Assembly: GCA_964393205.1 (NCBI GenBank)
Contig: CAYMSV010000001.1
Span: forward strand, 5,841 to 69,840
Length of the DNA: 64,000 nt
Direction of reading: 5' to 3'
From: an uncultured Pseudomonadales bacterium
GTDB lineage: Bacteria > Patescibacteriota > Microgenomatia > UBA1400 > PJMF01
Shown: in pieces, positions 57,584 to 64,000 of the stretch
Position numbering within the stretch: the stretch's first letter is position 1
Layout of the letters: the number at the start of each line of letters is the position of its first letter
Notes under the pieces: generated by a model
Told to the model about the DNA's origin: nothing
Seen by the model: only the letters and a program-made list of their open reading frames with translations
Databases searched by the model: none
Position numbers and translations under genes: made by a program

Positions 57584-58582
57584 ATGGCAGAAAGCAAAAA
57601 AGCTTCTAAAACTAAAAAAAGTGCTCCCAGCAAGAAAACTGCTGTTAAAAAAGTGGCTAAAAAAACGGCCAAGAAAGCGGTTAAGAAAGTAGAGAAGAGT
57701 AGTGCTAAAAAAGCCCCTGCTTCAGTCAAAAAGACTTCTCCAAAAAAGCCTAGTGTTAAGAAAATAGATTCAAAAAAAGAAGAAGCAGTTAAAGCAAGTT
57801 CTGAAACAACTCCAGCTACAAAAACAAAAAAAACAGAGGAAAAATCTTCAGTAGAAGAGAAATCTTCAGTAAAAAATAGAGAAATTGACAGCGAGTTGCC
57901 AGAAATTGATTTACAAGCTATGTTTGAGGCAGGTTGTCATCTGGGTCATAAAGTTTCTAAATGGCATCCTAAGATGGAGCCTTTTATCTATACTAGTGAA
58001 GGTGGCATACATATTTTTGATTTAGAGAAGACTGCGGAACAACTAGAATTAGCTTGTCAGCGTTTTTATGATTTAGCTAAAGAGGGAAAGAGTTTATTAA
58101 TGCTGGGCACCAAACGCTCAGCTCGTGAAATAGTTAAAGAAGCAGCTGTTGAAATGGGTTGCTTTTATATTGTTTCTCGCTGGATGGGTGGTTTATTAAC
58201 CAATTTCAACCAATTGCAAAAATCTATTAAAAGGATGAGTGAGATTGAAACTGGTTTGGAATCTGGAAAATTTGATAAATATACCAAATATGAACGTCTA
58301 CAATTAGATAAAGAAAAAACCCGTTTGGAAAGATTTTTTATGGGGTTGAAGGGTTTGAAGGGCAAGCCAGACTGTGTATTTGTGGTTGATTCAGAAAAAG
58401 AGAATATAGCTGTCAAAGAATCCATTAGTGAGAATGTTGAAGTGATTGCTATTGCTGATAGCAACGCTGATCCAAGAGAGATTAACATTGTCATTCCTGC
58501 AAATGATGATGCAGCAAAAAGCGTTGCTTATATTGTGAATTGTTTGAAGACTGCCTACAATGCTGGTAAAACAGCGCGTTAA
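57584..58582 (+). CDS. rpsB: 30S ribosomal protein S2 with ~100-aa Lys/Ala/Ser-rich N-terminal extension
   Basis: EAGCHLGH..W.PKM, GTK, RWMGGLLTN, IPANDDA. Confidence 0.97.
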   Translation: MAESKKASKTKKSAPSKKTAVKKVAKKTAKKAVKKVEKSSAKKAPASVKKTSPKKPSVKKIDSKKEEAVKASSETTPATKTKKTEEKSSVEEKSSVKNREIDSELPEIDLQAMFEAGCHLGHKVSKWHPKMEPFIYTSEGGIHIFDLEKTAEQLELACQRFYDLAKEGKSLLMLGTKRSAREIVKEAAVEMGCFYIVSRWMGGLLTNFNQLQKSIKRMSEIETGLESGKFDKYTKYERLQLDKEKTRLERFFMGLKGLKGKPDCVFVVDSEKENIAVKESISENVEVIAIADSNADPREINIVIPANDDAAKSVAYIVNCLKTAYNAGKTAR

Positions 58583-58603
58583 TAGTCATTGAAAGGTTAA
58601 AAA

Positions 58604-59068
58604 ATGGCAATAACTATGGAATCAATTAAGAAACTACGTCAAGAAACCGGAGCCCGGATTATGGATTGTAAAAAGGCTTTAGAGGAGGCGAAGGGTGACT
58701 TAAAATTAGCCAAAAAGTACGTTCAAGAAAAAGGTTTAGCTAGAGCAGAAAAGAGCACTGATCGTGAAGCGGGTGTTGGTTATATTGCTAGTTATACTCA
58801 TGCTACAGGTCAAATTGCTAGTTTAGTAGAATTACTCTGTGAAACAGATTTTGTAGCGGCCAACGAAGAATTCCGTCAATTGGCTAAAAATTTAGCTATG
58901 CAAGTAGCAGCTATGAATCCTCAAGACAAAAAAGAATTATTAAAACAAGATTTTATTAGAGAGAGCGGTCAAACTGTAGACATGGTCATTAAAGCTTTGT
59001 CAGGAAAGATTGGTGAAAAAATAGTTTTAGGTCGCTTCATGCGTTTTGTGGTTGGTCAAGAGAACTAA
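58604..59068 (+). CDS. tsf: Elongation factor Ts (short form)
   Basis: IKKLRQETGA.IMDCKKAL, CETDFVA, KIGEKI..RF; follows rpsB. Confidence 0.96.
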   Translation: MAITMESIKKLRQETGARIMDCKKALEEAKGDLKLAKKYVQEKGLARAEKSTDREAGVGYIASYTHATGQIASLVELLCETDFVAANEEFRQLAKNLAMQVAAMNPQDKKELLKQDFIRESGQTVDMVIKALSGKIGEKIVLGRFMRFVVGQEN

Positions 59069-59109
59069 AAAAGTGTTAAACTAAAAACTAGAAGAAAACA
59101 TTCTTTGCT

Positions 59110-60090
59110 ATGCGTGATTACTGCCCATCTCGCCAAGAACAAAAGAAGCTTAAGGCTAAAAAAGTTAAAGCCAAAAAGTCACGGCGATCAAAAAAAAAGA
59201 AAAGATCTGTATCTTCTGCTTGGCAAAAATTTTTTTTAATCTTATTTTCAATATTTTTAGTATTATTGTTAGCAATCTTTTTTATTTATTTGTTTCGCAC
59301 TCAACAATCTAAAAAAAATCAATTAAGTTGCACTCAACACTTGCTTATAACAGAAACGGGTCGACCACATGCTTGGGTAGTATTGGCGCCCGCAGAACAA
59401 AAAGTAAAAGTATTGACTTTCAATGAACTGAGTATTCAAAAATGGAATGAGCTGGCTCCAGATTCAGAGCTAAGTGCTGATGAAGAAATATTATTTTTTA
59501 GTTTATTGTTTGATGTTTTTGTTGATCAAGTTATAGAATATAAAACTCAAGAGATTAGTAAAAATAAGCAAAATCAATTTAAAGAATTTCTAATTAATGA
59601 ATTAAAGGATAGGGGAGTCAAAAATTTGGCCTTTTATTTAGAAGGATTTCAACCCAATTGGGAATGGGTAGATGAAGAAAACTTTTCAGACATTGAAGCA
59701 GAACGCTTGAGATTGAAAAGTTTTTTGGACAGAAATACTGGAGCTAATTATGGAAAAGTTTTTGAGTGTCCAGTAGCGGTTATTAACAGTAGCGGAGAGC
59801 CTGGTTTAGCTACTACTTTTACTGGGCTTTTGGAGAAGGATGGCTTCTCTGTAGTCAGAAGAGATAGTGGTCCTGAAATTTTGACAGAAACTACTTTGCT
59901 TGTGGATCAGGAGGCGATAGCTTGCCAATTGTTGATTAGTCGATTTAAACAGCTAATGCCAAATAAAGCTATTAATCACAATCGAGAACTAGCACAACAA
60001 TATCGGGTTAGTGCAGTAATTTTCTTGGCTGAGGATTTGTCAAAACTCAGAATTGGAGCTTTGAATTTTTTATACGATGATTTCCAGTAG
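59110..60090 (+). CDS. Membrane protein with LytR C-terminal domain
   Basis: Basic N-terminus, TM, VAVINSSGEPGLA...L..DGF, VIFLAED. Confidence 0.8.
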   Translation: MRDYCPSRQEQKKLKAKKVKAKKSRRSKKKKRSVSSAWQKFFLILFSIFLVLLLAIFFIYLFRTQQSKKNQLSCTQHLLITETGRPHAWVVLAPAEQKVKVLTFNELSIQKWNELAPDSELSADEEILFFSLLFDVFVDQVIEYKTQEISKNKQNQFKEFLINELKDRGVKNLAFYLEGFQPNWEWVDEENFSDIEAERLRLKSFLDRNTGANYGKVFECPVAVINSSGEPGLATTFTGLLEKDGFSVVRRDSGPEILTETTLLVDQEAIACQLLISRFKQLMPNKAINHNRELAQQYRVSAVIFLAEDLSKLRIGALNFLYDDFQ

Positions 60091-60121
60091 AATATTTTTT
60101 TCTTAGAAGCCATAATGTGTA

Positions 60122-61591
60122 TTGATAAAAAAAATGAATAATCAAAATAAATTATTTGGTTTCAAAATAAAACACCTAATTCTTATATCGATAGTTTTAT
60201 CGATTATTACTGGATTAAGTTTCGGTAGATATGCAAAGTTTTCTTTTGATTTGGATGAAATTTTTACAATTTACAATAGTAAAAACATTAATCCTTTTGA
60301 TTATTGGACTTCTTTAAATTATGATTTGGGAAATCCGCAGCTTTTTGCTGTTTTATTAAAACCTTTTGTATTGGTTTCAAATCCATCAGATATTTGGTTG
60401 AGAACTTTACCCTTAATTTTTTACTTATTATCAGTTTGGGTTTTTATTAAGATATTGATTGAATTTAAAATATCAGAGAATTTACGTCTTTTAACGATCA
60501 TTATTTTTTTGGGTTTAGCACCGTTTTGGTTTTTTAGATTTTACGTAAGAGCTTATTCACTTTTATCTTTTTTAACTTTATTGACAATCTACCAAAGTTT
60601 TAAGTTAATTAAAGGCCCTCGCTTAAGAGAATTAAAAAGATTGATGATAACTATGTTTTTTGGTTTTCATAGTCATTATATCTACTGGGTTTTTAGTGCT
60701 ATTTGGATATTAACTCTACTTCTTACTGGCGTATTCAAAAAAGTTCTAATCAAGTTAGGTAGCAAGAGGTTTTTTAAAATTGTTGGCATAGGTGTCGTTT
60801 CATTGTTTCCCATTGTAATTAATTTAGTTTCGAGAGAACTGATTAATAACTTTGATCGTTATTATTTTTTTCAACTAAACATAGTCCATCCTTCTTTTTT
60901 AGATATTTTTCAGTTTATTTTAAAAATGAATCTAAGCCATAATTTTTTTACATTAATTGCTGTTCTTTTCTGGTTAATATTATTTGTCGGTGGCATCTTA
61001 GCAATTAAGAAAAAAGTACATAAAAATCAAGAGATATGGCTAGTTTTTTCAATTTTATTTTGGTTAATCTATTTTCTAACTCCATTGAAGAATTTTTTAA
61101 GTGTATTTAAATATATATCTGGTTTTACATTATTTGTACCAATTAGTATTGTTCTTATTTTAAATAAATTATTTAACTTGGAGCGTCACTTAAAATCAAA
61201 AATAATTATGTTTGTAAGTACTATGTTAATAATTACTTGGTCTTTTTTGCCACCATTAAAGACAATTAGGGCTGAGTATGGAGATGATTGGAAGACAGTG
61301 GTTAATATGATTCCTCGACCTCCAACTAATTTTGTAGTTGTTGTTGATTGTGTGGATAAACTAGGTTTTGATTATTATTCAACTAAGAGCTTTGAATTTT
61401 ATGGGTTTGAAGGTTTTAATTCAGGAAACAATTGTGGTTTGCCATCTATAACTGAAAATACACAATTTTTAAGAAATATTTTGGTAGTTGGTGATGGAGT
61501 GGTTCCTTTACCGATAGAGGATAGTCACACTCTAGTTTTTTATTCAGAAAAATATTTTCCAATCAAGCTTTATTATTATCAAAAAAAATAA
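60122..61591 (+). CDS. GT-C fold membrane glycosyltransferase (PMT/ArnT-like; likely start ATG 60134)
   Basis: DE motif after the first TM, D..NP.LF, LR, R.YSL, SHY; many TMs. Confidence 0.75.
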   Translation: MIKKMNNQNKLFGFKIKHLILISIVLSIITGLSFGRYAKFSFDLDEIFTIYNSKNINPFDYWTSLNYDLGNPQLFAVLLKPFVLVSNPSDIWLRTLPLIFYLLSVWVFIKILIEFKISENLRLLTIIIFLGLAPFWFFRFYVRAYSLLSFLTLLTIYQSFKLIKGPRLRELKRLMITMFFGFHSHYIYWVFSAIWILTLLLTGVFKKVLIKLGSKRFFKIVGIGVVSLFPIVINLVSRELINNFDRYYFFQLNIVHPSFLDIFQFILKMNLSHNFFTLIAVLFWLILFVGGILAIKKKVHKNQEIWLVFSILFWLIYFLTPLKNFLSVFKYISGFTLFVPISIVLILNKLFNLERHLKSKIIMFVSTMLIITWSFLPPLKTIRAEYGDDWKTVVNMIPRPPTNFVVVVDCVDKLGFDYYSTKSFEFYGFEGFNSGNNCGLPSITENTQFLRNILVVGDGVVPLPIEDSHTLVFYSEKYFPIKLYYYQKK

Positions 61592-61659
61592 TGAATAAGA
61601 AATAACTTTATTGTTAAAAAAGATTTCACTGTAGCTAAGTCTAGGGGAAAGCAGTCGGT

Positions 61660-62418
61660 TTAAGAATTGGAACTTTGAATTTTCTTCATGACGGTTTCTA
61701 GGCCATCGCCTTGATCGTCATCGTCTTCATCGGTGCTAATAATTCCTAGCGGAATATCCTTTTCCAACACAATGTCTTCTCCAAGATTAAATTGGTTGTT
61801 AATTTTTTTGCTTGGGAAAGACTGTAGTTGTGAGTTTTTTTTAGAACGCAGAACCTCTTTTAACTGTACACAACATTGTTTGTCATCAATTTTGTAAATA
61901 ACACAGCTATATTGATTACCGCCAGCGATCAACTTACTCAAGCGAAAAGAAATATCTTCGGGTAGTGCGCCTATATGTTTTTTTTTGTCATCTACGATAC
62001 TGATATAGCGATTTTTCGTTTGTAAAAAACATTGTTGACCAACTTTTAATTTATTTAATTGTGAACTGCTGGTTAAGCGATGCAAGGAAATAATTTTACT
62101 TTTACCCGGTTCTTCAATAAAATCAGCGTTATTATTAAAAATAATATCAGGAGTTTGTTCTTTGTTTTTAATTTTTTTCAGGTGTTTATTGGCGATGATG
62201 TTAGAGCGATCAATAGTTAAAACATTTTTAAAAATTTTTTTCGCTTCTTTTGCTTTTTTGAGCTTGAGCAAAGCAAGGCCCAAGCGATTCATTGCTTCTA
62301 AGTTTTTTGGAGATTGTTCAAGTATTTCCTGATTAATGAGGACGGCATTGTTCCAATCAGCATCTTTAACTGCTTGAATGGCTTTAGCTCTTAGCAGGGA
62401 GCTATTTGGCATGGTCAT
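61660..62418 (-). CDS. TPR-containing protein with beta-rich C-terminal domain
   Basis: TPR helices (EAMNRLGLA); FIEEPGKSK, YIS...IGALPEDISFRL. Confidence 0.8.
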   Translation of the reverse strand: MTMPNSSLLRAKAIQAVKDADWNNAVLINQEILEQSPKNLEAMNRLGLALLKLKKAKEAKKIFKNVLTIDRSNIIANKHLKKIKNKEQTPDIIFNNNADFIEEPGKSKIISLHRLTSSSQLNKLKVGQQCFLQTKNRYISIVDDKKKHIGALPEDISFRLSKLIAGGNQYSCVIYKIDDKQCCVQLKEVLRSKKNSQLQSFPSKKINNQFNLGEDIVLEKDIPLGIISTDEDDDDQGDGLETVMKKIQSSNS

Positions 62419-62519
62419 AAGGTTTACACCTTTCTTCGGGGATGTTACAGCTTGTTGAGTAAATTGTCAACTCACAAAATTGATAATGAGGGTTTAACAA
62501 GCTTTGTTATAATGTTCTT

Positions 62520-63077
62520 ATGTCAGGACATAGCAAATGGAGTAACATCAAGAATCGTAAAGACGCCCAAGACAAAGTGAGGGGTAAAATTTTTAGTCAG
62601 TTATCTAGACAAATTCGAGCCAGTGTTAAATCTGGTGGATCTGGAGATCCAAACCTTAATTCAAATTTGAGACTGATACTAGATAAGGCTAGGGGGGCTA
62701 ATATGCCCAAGGATAAGATTCAACGAGCCATCGATGTGGCTTTAGGTAAAACTGGCGGAAATGAGATTAAAGAAATAGTTTATGAAGCTTTTACTTCAGA
62801 TGGTGTGGCTTTGATGATTGTGGCTTTAACAGACAATAATAATCGTACAGCCAGTGAGCTTAGAACATTATTGAGTAAACATAATGGTTCTTTAGCTGGT
62901 CCTGGTAGTGCTGCTTACATGTTTGAGCGTGATAATGAAGGGGGATTTACAGCTAAGATCAAGATTACGGTAAGTGAAGAGCAAATTCCCTTAATACTTG
63001 AGCTAGTTGAGTTATTACGTCAAAATGAGGATGTAGAAGATGTTTTTGTGGCAACTGATTTGCCAGAAGAAGACTAA
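62520..63077 (+). CDS. YebC/PmpR family protein (short)
   Basis: MSGHSKWSNIK, GDP..N..LR, NMPKD.I.RAI, TDN.NRT, EDVEDV. Confidence 0.95.
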   Translation: MSGHSKWSNIKNRKDAQDKVRGKIFSQLSRQIRASVKSGGSGDPNLNSNLRLILDKARGANMPKDKIQRAIDVALGKTGGNEIKEIVYEAFTSDGVALMIVALTDNNNRTASELRTLLSKHNGSLAGPGSAAYMFERDNEGGFTAKIKITVSEEQIPLILELVELLRQNEDVEDVFVATDLPEED

Positions 63078-63082
63078 AAACT

Positions 63083-63850
63083 ATGCGTCGTCGCGAAAAA
63101 TTTATTATTGTTTCTGTATTATTATCTCTGGGTTTATTAGCTACACAGTATGTGCCAGCTGATTGGCGTTATGGAGCAATTGCTTTATTTACTGTAATTA
63201 GTTATTTTATGTCTGCTTGGGCTTTAAGTGACGACTTACAAGCTTATGAGTGGCTGACTATCTTACCTTTTCCTGCGCTTTATGCTTTGTCTGTTGGTCT
63301 ATTTTATTTTCTATTACCAGAGGTAATATTATCTCGTTTGGCAATTTTAGCCATTTTTGGTGTTGGTATGTACGCCTTATTTTTGACGTCAAATATTTTC
63401 TCTGTAGCTAAAGGTAGGACTATTCAACTTTTGTATGCAGCTCACGCTATCGCTTTATTTTTTACAATGATTACTTCCTTATTATTAACTAATACTATTT
63501 TTTCATTACGCCTACCTTTTTATTTTAATGCTTTGTTAATTGCTGCTGTTCATTTTATTCTAGTGTTGATGTCTTTATGGTCAGTCCAACTAGAGCCACG
63601 TATTAATAAAGAAATTTTGAGTTATAGCTTGTTGTTTGTTTTATTACTAGCTGAATTTGCTATTTGTTTTTCCTTTTTACCGATGCAAGTTTGGCACATT
63701 TCTTTATTTATAATGTCTTTGGTGTATGTGGGTCTATCGCTGTTTCAGAACTTGCTGCAGGGGAGATTGTTTAAAAACACTGCCACCGAATATGGCTTGG
63801 TAGCAATTTTTATTATATTGGCTTTTCTTATAGTTTTTCCAGGTAAATAA
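63083..63850 (+). CDS. Multi-pass membrane protein (DUF5656-like)
   Basis: About 9 TM segments; NIFSVA..RTIQL..AA motif. Confidence 0.7.
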   Translation: MRRREKFIIVSVLLSLGLLATQYVPADWRYGAIALFTVISYFMSAWALSDDLQAYEWLTILPFPALYALSVGLFYFLLPEVILSRLAILAIFGVGMYALFLTSNIFSVAKGRTIQLLYAAHAIALFFTMITSLLLTNTIFSLRLPFYFNALLIAAVHFILVLMSLWSVQLEPRINKEILSYSLLFVLLLAEFAICFSFLPMQVWHISLFIMSLVYVGLSLFQNLLQGRLFKNTATEYGLVAIFIILAFLIVFPGK

Positions 63851-63852
63851 GT

Positions 63853-63880
63853 AATTTAGATTGATGTATCAATCTAAATT
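63853..63880. promoter_or_regulatory. Near-perfect palindrome (operator-like)
   Basis: AATTTAGATTGAT-GT-ATCAATCTAAATT (13-bp arms, 2-nt spacer). Confidence 0.5.
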
Positions 63881-64000
63881 TAAACAATGAGAGTGGGGAA
63901 GAGCTATAAAATTTTTCTTGTTTTAACTATTTTTTAAAGACTGATTAAAGATGCATGCTCCGTATATTTTTTGATTAATTTAGCAATCTTAAAATGTTTT

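Noticed and set aside
482-58494. Numerous 60-130 aa ORFs antisense or out of frame within hsdR, fmt/def, thyA, tmk, recR, cysS, tgt, ychF, rpmE, hisS, rluA and rpsB
   Set aside because: Shadow ORFs of well-supported genes, with no recognisable motifs or expression signals.
58604-59068. tsf as a truncated pseudogene
   Set aside because: Intact N-domain, TDFV motif and normal C-terminal motif; short EF-Ts forms are established.

Overview
This AT-rich, gene-dense chromosomal segment comes from a small-genome bacterium using genetic code 11. It is most consistent with Patescibacteria (CPR), probably Microgenomates-like; that is an inference from the short EF-Ts, short S18, CCA-less tRNAs and CPR-type hypothetical families. 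Positions 1-6 kb are the end of an accessory/defence island: a DUF3644-like protein, type I HsdR, an M48 peptidase, an RxxxxH protein and a small XRE-regulated cassette flanked by two decayed copies of one coding fragment. The rest is mostly housekeeping: def-fmt, a degenerate mreB followed by mreC-mreD-pbp2, dprA-topA, tmk-recR, cysS, tgt, ychF, rpsF-ssb-rpsR, prfA-rpmE, hisS, dnaB, rpsB-tsf, tRNA-Ala(CGC) and tRNA-Leu(CAA). Most notable observations: (1) a complete, unannotated His4 leader-peptide attenuator upstream of hisS; (2) a ~9 kb thymidylate/folate cluster combining HIGH-type nucleotidyltransferases, an NTase-like-fused dCMP deaminase, an HxHxQ HIT protein, a ThyA missing two phosphate-binding arginines and a CofE-like ligase; (3) pervasive leaderless gene starts; (4) unexplained structured 5' leaders upstream of a PRTase, hpf and a small membrane-protein gene. 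All calls were made by eye and no searches were run.
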